Shown piece by piece: positions 17,056-28,192 of a stretch of DNA of 64,000 nt; within the stretch, counting starts at the first letter, position 1; each line of letters begins with the position of its first letter. Origin of the DNA: Halobaculum sp. D14 (GTDB taxonomy: Archaea; Halobacteriota; Halobacteria; Halobacteriales; Haloferacaceae); NCBI RefSeq assembly GCF_051195135.1, contig NZ_JBNTKA010000002.1:831298-895297 (forward strand), written 5' to 3'. The position numbers were made by a program, and so were the translations under genes. The notes beneath the pieces are model-generated. The model made no database searches. It saw nothing but the letters and a program-made list of their open reading frames with translations, and was not told where the DNA came from.

Positions 17056-19518
17056 TCACAGCGGCGCGTCGATGGCCTGGCTCACGCGCCGGGAGAGCTG
17101 CGGGAGCCGCGTCTCGACCAGCGCCGGGAGCTTCCCGGGGACGTCGTCGCGGTTCCGCTCCAGGACCGACGCGACAGTCACGAGCCGCTTCCGGAGCGCC
17201 CGGAGCCGCCGGTTCGCCGCGTCCGCGTTCCCGTTCGCGGCGGCCGCCTGCGCCCGCGTCGCCGCCACGGCCGCCGCCTCCAGCGCCCGAAGCAGCCCGA
17301 GCAGGCCGCCGGCCTGGAGCGCGTCGGCGTCGTCCAGCAGTCCGTCGTCCGTCCCGGTCGCCGTCCCCGTCGACCCGGTCGCCGTCTCGGTCTGCGTGGC
17401 CGTCGGCGTCGCCGTTGCCGTCTGCGTCTCCGTCCCGTCACCGCCGAGGCTGTCGTCGATTCCGTCTTCGACGGTGCCGGCCGCGGTTTCGACGCTGTCG
17501 GCCGCGTCGCCGACGCCGTCGGTCGTCGTCGCGGTTCCGTCGCCGGAGCCGCCGGTCGCGTTCCCGACGCCGCCGGTCACGCCGTCGACGGCGTCTCCGA
17601 CCGAGCCGGCGGCGTCGTCCGTCGCCGTCGACGTCGCGTTCAGAATCTCCTCGACGGCCTTCCCGGCGGTCTCGGCGGTGTCGTCTGCGACCTCGACCGC
17701 GTCGACGCCGTCGGCGTCGCCGTCCTCGAACGCCTTCGCCTGCGCGAACGTCTCCGTCAGGTACGTCGTGAGGAAGTCGGTCAGCGACGCCTTCCCGGTC
17801 CGCGGCTCCGGGATCGTCGCGGTCGACTGGTCGGCCGCGGGGTTGACGCGGTAGGCGCCGCTGACGCCGTCGGCGTCCTCGATTTCGGCGGTGTAGGCGC
17901 CTTCGCGGTGCACGTAGACGCCGAAGCGGTCCTCGCCGGGCGGCTCGCCGGCGTAGACTGCTCCGGCGAAGTCGTCCTCGACGGCGAGGGACGCGACCGT
18001 CGGCGCGTCGTCGCCGCTGGCGTCCACGCGGAGCTTCACGGCGTCCTCGTTCGGCGTCACGACGACCTCCCCGCGGTCGCCGACGCCGGCCGCGGTGTCG
18101 CTGTCGCCGTCGTGGCTGAACCGCTGGCTGTGCGGCGCAACGCCGGCGGCGTTCACGGTGAGCCGGTGGTCGCCCGACGGGACGCCGCGGAGCGCCACGA
18201 CGCCGTTGAACGTCGGTGCCGCGGTCGGGTCGGACTCCAGCAGCGCCACGCCCTCGTTCGTCGCCGCCGACGTTGCCACGCCGTTCGACCCGGGCGCGTC
18301 GTCGGTGCCGGTCGCCTCCCTGAGCACCGCCACCACGGCGTCGACCGGGCCGTCGACGTCGACGTCGAACCGGCTGGCGAGCGCGCTGCGGTGGTCCGGG
18401 TCGGTGACGTCCGCGAGCGGGTTCGTGAACCGCGGCTGCGACTGCGGCACGTCGGTCGACGTGAGGTGGGAGGCGACGGCGTTCTCGGCGAACCGCGGAA
18501 CCGCGAACTCGAAACTGAGCTGCGGCCCGACGAGTTCGTCGACGTCGACGTCGCTCATCGGGGCCAGCGCGTACGTGTGGTCGACCGCGGCCGCGTCGGT
18601 GCCGCTCCGGCCCTCGTAGGCGAACTGCACGTCGGCCGACCGCGTCGGCAGGTCCGCCGGCGGCGACGGCAGCGACGCGTACTCCCGCACCGTCAGCTCC
18701 GGCGGCACGAAGTGCTCCCGTTCGACGTTCGGGAGCTTCGGGTGGTCGAACAGCGGCGCGCCGTCGAGCTCCGGCAGCGAGAACGGCAGCCCGAACCCTT
18801 CGTCGCGCGGCAGCCCGTACGCCGCCGGCAGGTCCAGCTTCGACAGCAGGCCGTTGTTGATGTCGGCGATGTCGCCGTCGACCGGAAGCCGTTCGAAGGC
18901 GTTCCGCGTCTCGTTGACGCCGAGCGCCGACGAGTGCGACCCGACCTCCGCGATGACCGACGCCCGGTCGGTCGCCGGGTCGAGGAACTCGTTGTTCGGC
19001 ACCTTCCGGGCGTGCGCCGACGCGACGAACAGCACCGGCTCCCCGGTCACGTCGTCGCCGTCGCCGGCGTCGGTGTCGACGAACACGTGCAGCACCTCCC
19101 AGTCGTGCCAGTGGAAGTTCACGGAGAACTGGTCGAACACGGAGTAACACCAGAACTGCACCGCGGCCAGCGACGACCCGGTGTACCGCCGGACGTTGTA
19201 GAACACGGTCGGCGCCGGGGGCGCGCCGCTCGCTTCGAACTCGGCGACGTAGCCGTCGAGCGCGTCGAAGCCGTCCACGACCCGGTCGCCGTCCCGGCCG
19301 GTCCCGTACCGACGCGGGTCGGTCGGGAACCACTGCTCGGCGGCGCCGAAGAACAGGTCGGGCGCGTACGCCTCGGCGAGTCGACGCGCCCGCTCCTCGC
19401 CGACGGACTCGGTCGAGGGGGCGTCGCCGTCGCCGAACAGGCCGCTGCAGCCGGCGACGCCCGCTGAGCCGGCGGCCGCGGCGCCGGCGAGCAGGTCGCG
19501 CCGTGTGAACTCGGGCAT
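17056..19518 (-). CDS. secreted Tat-dependent lipoprotein-like protein, 820 aa, with a Thr/Gly/Asp-rich C-terminal low-complexity region
   Basis: Start MPEFTRRDLLAGAAAAGSAGVAGCSG gives a twin-Arg motif and a lipobox-like Cys; the upstream part of the ORF is an Arg/Pro-rich artefact; no PGF-CTERM. Confidence 0.65.
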   Translation of the reverse strand: MPEFTRRDLLAGAAAAGSAGVAGCSGLFGDGDAPSTESVGEERARRLAEAYAPDLFFGAAEQWFPTDPRRYGTGRDGDRVVDGFDALDGYVAEFEASGAPPAPTVFYNVRRYTGSSLAAVQFWCYSVFDQFSVNFHWHDWEVLHVFVDTDAGDGDDVTGEPVLFVASAHARKVPNNEFLDPATDRASVIAEVGSHSSALGVNETRNAFERLPVDGDIADINNGLLSKLDLPAAYGLPRDEGFGLPFSLPELDGAPLFDHPKLPNVEREHFVPPELTVREYASLPSPPADLPTRSADVQFAYEGRSGTDAAAVDHTYALAPMSDVDVDELVGPQLSFEFAVPRFAENAVASHLTSTDVPQSQPRFTNPLADVTDPDHRSALASRFDVDVDGPVDAVVAVLREATGTDDAPGSNGVATSAATNEGVALLESDPTAAPTFNGVVALRGVPSGDHRLTVNAAGVAPHSQRFSHDGDSDTAAGVGDRGEVVVTPNEDAVKLRVDASGDDAPTVASLAVEDDFAGAVYAGEPPGEDRFGVYVHREGAYTAEIEDADGVSGAYRVNPAADQSTATIPEPRTGKASLTDFLTTYLTETFAQAKAFEDGDADGVDAVEVADDTAETAGKAVEEILNATSTATDDAAGSVGDAVDGVTGGVGNATGGSGDGTATTTDGVGDAADSVETAAGTVEDGIDDSLGGDGTETQTATATPTATQTETATGSTGTATGTDDGLLDDADALQAGGLLGLLRALEAAAVAATRAQAAAANGNADAANRRLRALRKRLVTVASVLERNRDDVPGKLPALVETRLPQLSRRVSQAIDAPL

Positions 19519-19783
19519 GGTCGAAGTTGGTCGGTGTTCCGCCCCCGGACTGATTATCCCGTCGCCCTTCCCATCGATTGATTGAACTGTTCGGGCGCGG
19601 AGGCGGTGCGGGAGCCGGTGTGGGAGTCGACGCGGGGCCGATGTGGGAGTCGACGCGGGGTCGGTGTCAGAGCCGACGCGGGGCCGGTGTGAGAGTCGGG
19701 GAGCCGACGCGGCCGACGCCGGACCGGGGTGCGCCGGTGGCGGAACCGACGGAGTGATTTGGCGGGCGGCGGACGGGACAGGT

Positions 19784-21325
<1,542 letters not shown>

Positions 21326-21422
21326 AGTGAGAAACGGAACGGGCCGCCCGCGGTCGGCGTCGACGCAGTCGGTGTCGCCGCGTCGACGTTGCTGCGGCGG
21401 CGACGCAGCCGCCTGGGCTGGC

Positions 21423-22949
21423 TCACACGGCGCTGAGCTGCTCTGCGGTGAGCACGCGGACCGACGCCGGGCGTTTCACGTAGTCGCCCTCGGTCGCGCA
21501 GACGACCTGTGAGACGCCGCGCTGGGCGGCAACGTCCAGCACCTTCTGTGTCAGTTCGCCGTCGACGACCAGCGCGAACGGCGCCTCGTCGGCGTCGCTG
21601 ACCGCGTCGAACGCCTCGGCGGCCGGCACCTCGGCGAGCACGCCGTAGTCCGCGTCGAGCAGCCGCGCCCGGTTCGACTCCGCGTCGACGACCTCCCGGA
21701 CGTGTTCCCGAAGCGTCGACGGCTCGGACGTCGACTCGGCGGATTCGGCTGACTCGGCGGATTCGGCTGACTCGGCGGATTCGGCTGACTCGGCTGACTC
21801 GGCTGACTCGGCCGACTCCGTCTGCGAACCTCGGCGCTGTTCCGACGCAGCGGCGGTGGCTGCGGCGCCGTTCGCGGCGGCCTCAGCGGCGGCGTCAGCG
21901 GTCGGCTCGGCGGCTTTCGTCGCGGAATCGGCTGATTCGGACGACTCGGACGATTCGGCCGGCGCAGTGCGGCCAGTCGTGACGGCGACCGACCGGTCGA
22001 TTCCGGGCGTCGCGTCCGCACCCTCGCCGGCGTCGTCGGCTGCGTCGCCGTCCGCGTCCGAGTCCGAGTCCGCGTCCGGGTCCGCGTCCGGGTCCGCGTC
22101 GCGGTCGGCGGAGCCGGTGCGTTCGTCGGCCGGGGACGAGCCGCCGAGGTCGACGGCGTCGAGCGGCATCTTCTCGCGGAGCGCCGCCATCACTTCGTGC
22201 CGTGCCAGGTCCTCGACGGAGCGGCTCGAGGGCGCGAACGCCACGTAGTCGACGTCGCCGACCTGTGCGAGTTCGCGCAGGATGAGTTCGCCGCCGCGGT
22301 CGCCGTCGAGGAACGCCGTGACGGTGCGCTCGCCGGTGAGGTCGGCGACGGCGTCGGGGACGTTCGTCCCCTCGACGGCGACGCCGTTCTTGATGCCGTA
22401 CCGGAGCAGCGTCAACACGTCCGAGCGCCCCTCGACGACGATGACGGCGTCCGAGTCGCGGACGCGCGGCCCCGCGGGGAGCCCCTCGTACTCGTCGATG
22501 CGGTCGACGCGGTGGGCCTCGCGGACCTCGTCGAGGATCTCCTTCGAGTCCATGACGGACTCGTCGAACGAGTCGTTGAGCAGCTCCTTCGCGCGGTCGA
22601 CGACCTCGCGGCGCTGGGCGGCCCGCATGTCCTCGATGTCGGTCACTTCGACGCGGGCCTCACACGGCCCGACGCGGGTGATGGCTTCGAGGCTCGCCGC
22701 CAGAATCGACGTCTCCACCTTGTCGAGTCCGGAGGCGATGGTGAGCCGCCCGAAGCTCTGGCCGTTCTCGGAGTCGACGTCGACGTCGATGCGGCCGACC
22801 TTCGAGCGCTGCTGGAGGTCGCGGAGGTCCAGTTCGTCGCCGAGCAGTCCTTCCGTCTGTCCGAACACCGCGCCGACGACGTCGCTGCGCTCGACGACGC
22901 CGTCCGCGGTGATGCGTGCGTGAATCAGGTATTTGGCTGAGTCGTCCAT
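21423..22949 (-). CDS. dnaG: DNA primase DnaG (archaeal, Toprim) with a low-complexity insert
   Basis: Toprim region VIVVEGRSDVLTLLRYGI; conserved DnaG N-terminus; contains the (SAE)n repeat insert. Confidence 0.85.
   Translation of the reverse strand: MDDSAKYLIHARITADGVVERSDVVGAVFGQTEGLLGDELDLRDLQQRSKVGRIDVDVDSENGQSFGRLTIASGLDKVETSILAASLEAITRVGPCEARVEVTDIEDMRAAQRREVVDRAKELLNDSFDESVMDSKEILDEVREAHRVDRIDEYEGLPAGPRVRDSDAVIVVEGRSDVLTLLRYGIKNGVAVEGTNVPDAVADLTGERTVTAFLDGDRGGELILRELAQVGDVDYVAFAPSSRSVEDLARHEVMAALREKMPLDAVDLGGSSPADERTGSADRDADPDADPDADSDSDADGDAADDAGEGADATPGIDRSVAVTTGRTAPAESSESSESADSATKAAEPTADAAAEAAANGAAATAAASEQRRGSQTESAESAESAESAESAESAESAESAESAESTSEPSTLREHVREVVDAESNRARLLDADYGVLAEVPAAEAFDAVSDADEAPFALVVDGELTQKVLDVAAQRGVSQVVCATEGDYVKRPASVRVLTAEQLSAV
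21733..21816. repeat. hexa/nonanucleotide microsatellite inside dnaG encoding (SAE)n
   Basis: gactcggc(g/t)(gat) is reiterated about nine times. Confidence 0.85.
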
Positions 22950-23161
22950 GTGAAATCCCCTCGTCGGGGTGTGATGATGGTGAGGTGATGGTGACGGGAG
23001 TCACCGTCTGCTATATAAGGCGTCGGCGACGCAAATACCTATCGTACCGCCGGGTGGACGAACGGGCAGTTCCTGCGGCCGGGCGAAAGACACATCGACC
23101 CCTGCGGCAACTGACAGGCGTGAACGAAGCCGGCCTCACGTCGCTCCTCGACCAGGAGACG

Positions 23162-23932
23162 ATGGCCGACCGCGTCGCCGCCGGCGCCCCCGACTGGGTG
23201 GTCCGGCACTTCGAGACGTTCACCGGTGCGCTCACCGGCGAACGAAACGGAACGCCGTTCCCCTGTCACTTCGGTACCAACGCCGTCCAGCGCGGCGACC
23301 TGCTGTACACCGCCGTCCCCTCGCTCACCGACCCGGACGCGCTGTTCGGCCTCCGCGACGCGCTTCTGGAGTACCTCGACGTCTACGAGGACCACGCTGA
23401 CCTCGCGCCGCTCGTCGTCTTCTTCGCGCCGCCGGACGACGTGGCGTCGCTCACCGAGGCGGACTGGCACGAAGCGATGTGGCACGTCCTCCAGTTCCTC
23501 CACGTCAACGATCCGGAGCCGTGGCCCGACGACATCCCGACCGACCCCGACGACCCGTACTTCGAGTTTTGCTTCGGCGGCGAACCGCTGTTCCCGACCT
23601 GCCGCGCACCGTTTTACGAGGAGCGGAAGAGCCGGTACTGCCCGGTCAGCCTCGAAACCACCTTCCAGCCGCGCTCCGTCTTCGACGGCCTGACGCACGA
23701 CACCGAAGCCGGCCAGCACGCCCGCGACGTCATCCAGGGCCGGCTCGGCGACTACGACGGCGTCTGCCCGCACGCGGACCTCGGCGACTGGGGCGTCGAC
23801 GGCGACCGCGAGTGGCGCCAGTACCTGTTCTCGGCCGACGAGTCGCAGTTCCCCGACGAGTGCCCGCTCACGGTGACGCCGGAGGTCACGGCGCTCGACG
23901 GCGACGAGCCACCGGCCGCGGGAGCCGACTGA
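23162..23932 (+). CDS. YqcI/YcgG family protein
   Basis: FPCHFG motif and a C-terminal Cys pair; stop overlaps the next start (TGATG). Confidence 0.6.
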   Translation: MADRVAAGAPDWVVRHFETFTGALTGERNGTPFPCHFGTNAVQRGDLLYTAVPSLTDPDALFGLRDALLEYLDVYEDHADLAPLVVFFAPPDDVASLTEADWHEAMWHVLQFLHVNDPEPWPDDIPTDPDDPYFEFCFGGEPLFPTCRAPFYEERKSRYCPVSLETTFQPRSVFDGLTHDTEAGQHARDVIQGRLGDYDGVCPHADLGDWGVDGDREWRQYLFSADESQFPDECPLTVTPEVTALDGDEPPAAGAD

Positions 23933-24543
23933 TGCCGGACCCCCTCCCCGCGCTGCTGTTCGTGGACTTCCAGACCGGCTTCGACGACCCGGGCTGGGGC
24001 GACCGGAACAACCCGGACGCCGAGGCGAACGCGCGGCGGCTGCTCGCGGAGTGGCGCGACCGCGGCGGCGACGTCGTCCACGTCCGGCACGACTCGACGG
24101 AGCCGGATTCGCCGCTGCGCGCCGACCGCGACGGCTTCGCGTTCAAGCCGGGGCTGCGTCCCGCCGACGACGAACCGAGCCTCGTGAAACGAGTGAACTC
24201 GGCGTTCGTCGGGACGGACCTCGAATCCCTGCTCCGCGACGCCGGCCACGACGCGGTCGTCGTCGCCGGGCTCACCACGGACCACTGCGTCTCCACGACG
24301 ACCCGGATGGCGGAGAACCTCGGCTTCGCACCGACCGTCGTCGCCGACGCCACGGCGACGCATCCCCGCGAGTACGACGGCGAAACGTTCGACCCGGAGA
24401 CGGTTCACCGGACCGCGCTCGCACACCTCCGCGGCGAGTTCGCCGCCGTCCGCGACACCGACGGCGTGCTCTCCTCGCTCCCGGACAGCGCCGGCGACGC
24501 GGATTCCGCTGTCGACGCGGACGCCACCGGCGGCGAGGACTAG
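23932..24543 (+). CDS. isochorismatase-family cysteine hydrolase
   Basis: LLFVDFQ, conserved K, and [11 protein letters not shown] with the catalytic Cys. Confidence 0.8.
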   Translation: MPDPLPALLFVDFQTGFDDPGWGDRNNPDAEANARRLLAEWRDRGGDVVHVRHDSTEPDSPLRADRDGFAFKPGLRPADDEPSLVKRVNSAFVGTDLESLLRDAGHDAVVVAGLTTDHCVSTTTRMAENLGFAPTVVADATATHPREYDGETFDPETVHRTALAHLRGEFAAVRDTDGVLSSLPDSAGDADSAVDADATGGED

Positions 24544-25229
24544 GCGAGGTCGTCGACGAGTCGGCGGAGCGACGCGAGGTCGAACTGTCCCGGGGCGGTC
24601 GCGTCCGCGGCGTCGACCGGAGCGTAGCCGATGCGGGAGCCGTACACCGGCGCGACGGCCCGGGTGTGCTTGCCGGCGTCGCCCATCGCCATCGTCGCGA
24701 CGCGGTCGCCGCGGGCGGTGGCGCGGTGCGTCGCCGCGAGGACGTCGAGGGCGTCGCCGCGGTCGTGCGCCGTCACCGCCAGTTTCCCGACGTCGCCGGC
24801 GGCCGCCGCGGCGCGGAGCAGCGCGTCGAGCGTCCGCGGCGACCGCGTCCCGTCGAAGTCGTGAACCGACGCGACGACGGCGGCGTCGTTCGCCCGCGCG
24901 GCCGCCACCAGTTCCGCCGGGTCGACGTCGTTGGTCCCCGCCGGGCGGCCGCGGAGCGTCGCCAGTTCCACGTCGACCGCCTCGACGGCGTCGTGTTCGA
25001 CGGCCTCGGCGAGCGCGTCGAGTCGGCTGTACGGCGCGGACTCGCCGCCCTCCCACCGCGGCCGGTTCGTCACGAGCAGCGGCAGCTCCCCGTCGTAGCC
25101 GGCGAGCGCGTCGAGCGGGTCCGCCGCGAGGTCCATCCGGAACTCGACGCAGTCCGCGTCGTCGCGGGCGGCCGGCTCCGCCGCGAGGTCGTCGGTGGCG
25201 GCCGCCAGCGTGAACGAGTCGAAGTCCAT
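24540..25229 (-). CDS. aroD: 3-dehydroquinate dehydratase, type I
   Basis: Type I DHQase fold and length (229 aa) with conserved ECVEFRMDL and HDF segments. Confidence 0.75.
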   Translation of the reverse strand: MDFDSFTLAAATDDLAAEPAARDDADCVEFRMDLAADPLDALAGYDGELPLLVTNRPRWEGGESAPYSRLDALAEAVEHDAVEAVDVELATLRGRPAGTNDVDPAELVAAARANDAAVVASVHDFDGTRSPRTLDALLRAAAAAGDVGKLAVTAHDRGDALDVLAATHRATARGDRVATMAMGDAGKHTRAVAPVYGSRIGYAPVDAADATAPGQFDLASLRRLVDDLA

Positions 25230-25395
25230 AGGCGTCGTTCCACGTGCCGCCTCAAAACTGGCTCGGCGTCGCCAACGCTGACGGGGCGGAGAAACGGACC
25301 GGAGAACGCCGTTCGGTGGTGCGTCGAGGCCGAGCCACGGGACGCGGCTACGCAGCTACTCGACGACGTAACTGCGTGACTGCGTGACTGCGCGA

Positions 25396-26382
25396 CTACG
25401 CGACGAGGCCTTCTTCGGCTTCGAGCAACTCGTGGTAGCGGTTCCGGATGGTGACCTCGGAGATGTCCGCGACCTCCGAGACCGCCGCCTGCGTCGTCTT
25501 CTCGTTCGTGAGTAGCGCGGCGGCGTAGACGGCGGCGGCCGCGAGCCCGACCGGCGACTTGCCGGAGTGGACGCCCTGCTCTTTCGCGTTCCGGAGGAGC
25601 TGTTTGGCGCGCATCTCCGACTCGTCAGAGAGGTCGAGCGAGGAGGCGAACCGCGGGACGTACTGCTCGGGGTCCGCGGGCTTCACCTCCAGTTTCAGTT
25701 CGCGGACGACGTAGCGGTACGTCCGCGCGACCTCGTCTTTGCTGACGCGGGAGACGTCGGCGATCTCGTCGAGGCTCCGCGGGACGCCGGCCATCCGGGC
25801 GGCGGCGTACGTACACGCCGTCGAGACGCCCTCGATGGAGCGGCCCGGCAGGAGGTCCTCGTCGAGCGCGCGGCGGTAGATGACGGAGGCGGTCTCGCGG
25901 ACGTTGTCCGGGAGGCCGAGGGCGGACGCCATCCGGTCGATTTCGCCGAGCGCCTGCTTCAGGTTCCGCTCTTTCGAGTCGCGCGTCCGGAACCGCTCGT
26001 TCCACTTGCGGAGCCGCCGCATCTTCTGACGCTGGCGGGAGCCGAGCGACCGGCCGTAGGCGTCCTGGTCGCGCCAGTCGATGTTGGTCGACAGCCCCTT
26101 GTCGTGCATCGTGTTCGTGGTCGGGGCGCCGACCCGGCTCTTTTTGTCCTTCTCGGCGGCGTCGAACGCGCGCCACTCGGGGCCGCGGTCGACGGAGTCC
26201 TCCTCGACGACGAGCCCGCAGTCCGCGCAGACGGTTTCGCCGTGCTCCTCGTCCTGGATGACGTGGCCGCCGCACTCGGGACAGCTCAGCCCCTCGTCGG
26301 CCTCCGTCTCCTGTTCGGTCTGCTGTTCGTCCGCTCGTTCTCGGTTCGCTGCTGGGTGTCGGGTGTGTGTTCTCTCGCTCAT
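25396..26382 (-). CDS. tfb: transcription initiation factor IIB (TFB)
   Basis: N-terminal Zn ribbon CPECGG...CADCG followed by two cyclin repeats. Confidence 0.95.
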   Translation of the reverse strand: MSERTHTRHPAANRERADEQQTEQETEADEGLSCPECGGHVIQDEEHGETVCADCGLVVEEDSVDRGPEWRAFDAAEKDKKSRVGAPTTNTMHDKGLSTNIDWRDQDAYGRSLGSRQRQKMRRLRKWNERFRTRDSKERNLKQALGEIDRMASALGLPDNVRETASVIYRRALDEDLLPGRSIEGVSTACTYAAARMAGVPRSLDEIADVSRVSKDEVARTYRYVVRELKLEVKPADPEQYVPRFASSLDLSDESEMRAKQLLRNAKEQGVHSGKSPVGLAAAAVYAAALLTNEKTTQAAVSEVADISEVTIRNRYHELLEAEEGLVA

Positions 26383-26524
26383 CGTGGGGCGGGTGCTCCC
26401 TGGGTGGCCGCGAAAAAAGCCCAGGTCAGTCTGTACCCCACAGAGATGGGAGAAAGACTTAAATTAAACGGTGTTGGGCGGAGCGGCCTCCACGCCGTCA
26501 CCGGGTCACGGAACCGTCCGACGG

Positions 26525-26539
26525 CACCTATTTGTGTGA
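26525..26539 (+). promoter_or_regulatory. TATA-box-containing promoter motif CACCTATTTGTGTGA, 25 nt upstream of the ATG of the binding-protein gene
   Basis: A near-identical 15-mer sits at the same distance upstream of the gene at 50570. Confidence 0.45.
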
Positions 26540-26563
26540 GGCTGTACCAGGCGTAACCGACGG

Positions 26564-27451
26564 ATGCAGAAGAACCCTGCGGCAGCGGCGTCCCGCGTCG
26601 CCTCGCTCGCACCGAGCGCCACGGCGACCCTCCGCGCCATCGGCGCGGCGGACGCGCTCGTCGGCGTCACCCACCACTGCGACGTCGACGCGGGCAGTCA
26701 CAGCGACGTCGACGCGGGCGAGGACGCCGCCCGTGACGACGTCGCCCTCGACGCTGCAACCCACGGCGACCCCGACTCCGAACCCGAAATCGTCGGCGGC
26801 TGGCCGAACCCGGACCTCGACCGCGTCGCCGCGCTCGACCCGGACGCCGTCCTGACGTGCGACCCGCTGCAGCGCGACACCGCCGAGGCGCTCCGCGAGC
26901 GCGGCCTCCCGGTTCACCACGTCGAACCGACGCGGCTCCCGGCCGTGTTCGACGCCATCGAAGCCGTCGGCGCCGCGGTCGGCCGGCCCGACGCCGCCGC
27001 TGCCGTCGCCGCCGACTGTCGCCGCCGCGTCGACCGCGTCCGCGAGGCCGTCCCCGAAGACCCCGAGGAGCGCCCGGTGGTCTACTGCGAGGAGTGGAGC
27101 GACCCGCCGATGGCCGCCGGGAACTGGGTCCCGGACGCCGTCGAGGCCGCCGGCGGCCGGTCCCCGTTCGTCGACGCCGGCGACCGGAGCCGCGAGGTGG
27201 ACGAGCAGGAGGTGCTCGACGCCGACCCGGCGTACGGCGTCATCCACGTCTGCGGCCGCGGGGCGCAGTCCGACCCGGCGACGTTCGACGAACGCGGCTG
27301 GGACGTCGACGCCGAGGTCCACGTCGTCGACGACACGCTGTTGAACCAGCCGAGCCCGCGGCTCGTCGACGGCATCGAGGAACTGGCGCGCATCCTCCAC
27401 GGCGTCGACCCCGACGGCGTCGACCCGAACGTCGACGATTACGACGGCTGA
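26564..27451 (+). CDS. periplasmic binding protein, TroA/BtuF-like (cobalamin/iron-siderophore type)
   Basis: RVASLAPSATATLRAIGAADALVGV matches the class III SBP N-terminus. Confidence 0.65.
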   Translation: MQKNPAAAASRVASLAPSATATLRAIGAADALVGVTHHCDVDAGSHSDVDAGEDAARDDVALDAATHGDPDSEPEIVGGWPNPDLDRVAALDPDAVLTCDPLQRDTAEALRERGLPVHHVEPTRLPAVFDAIEAVGAAVGRPDAAAAVAADCRRRVDRVREAVPEDPEERPVVYCEEWSDPPMAAGNWVPDAVEAAGGRSPFVDAGDRSREVDEQEVLDADPAYGVIHVCGRGAQSDPATFDERGWDVDAEVHVVDDTLLNQPSPRLVDGIEELARILHGVDPDGVDPNVDDYDG

Positions 27452-27514
27452 TCGCTCGCCGCCGATTCCGTCCGGGACCGCAAGGGACTCGTCGCCGCCG
27501 ACGCACCACCGCCC

Positions 27515-28090
27515 ATGCGAATCGGTGTCGGCTCCGGGAACCCGGTGAAGCGAGACGCGACGGTGCAGGCCGTCGAGGCTGCCGACGACGACGTTTCGGC
27601 GGCCGCGACGGTCGAAGCGTGCCCAGTTCCGTCGGGCGTATCAGAACAGCCGACCGGCCACGGCGAGACCCGCCGCGGCGCCCGCAACCGCGCCGAAGCC
27701 GTGGTCGAAGAGGGGTACGACGTCGGCGTCGGCATCGAAGGCGGCGTCGCCGAATACGCGGGCGTCGGCGGCGACGCGGGCGGCGGTGCCGACCGGCGGG
27801 GCGCCGACGCGCCGCTGTTTCTCGTGATGTGGGCGGCGGTCACCGACGGCGACCGCTGGGGCGACGGCACCGGGCCGAGCCTCGTCCTCCCGGCCGGAAT
27901 CGCGGACCGGGTCCGCGGCGGCGAGGAACTCGGCCCGGTGATGGACGACGTGCTCGGCGAGTCCGACGTCGCGAAGAACCAGGGCGCCGCCGGCGCGCTC
28001 ACCGGCGGCCGCGTCGACCGCGCGGACGCGCTCGCCGCGGCCGTCTCCGGCGCCCTCGGCCCGTTCGTCACCGACCTGTACGACGACTAG
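27515..28090 (+). CDS. inosine/xanthosine triphosphatase (YjjX/DUF84 non-canonical NTP phosphatase)
   Basis: MRIGVGSGNPVKRDA N-terminus and ENQGAAGALTGGRVDR C-terminal motif. Confidence 0.7.
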   Translation: MRIGVGSGNPVKRDATVQAVEAADDDVSAAATVEACPVPSGVSEQPTGHGETRRGARNRAEAVVEEGYDVGVGIEGGVAEYAGVGGDAGGGADRRGADAPLFLVMWAAVTDGDRWGDGTGPSLVLPAGIADRVRGGEELGPVMDDVLGESDVAKNQGAAGALTGGRVDRADALAAAVSGALGPFVTDLYDD

Positions 28091-28192
28091 CGCGACCGGC
28101 CGTCCGCCACACGCCGACCGCGACGAACCGACCGCGACGCGCCGACCGGGTCCGTCGTTCTCCTCCCTGTCGCCCAGGTCGCCTCCGACGCC

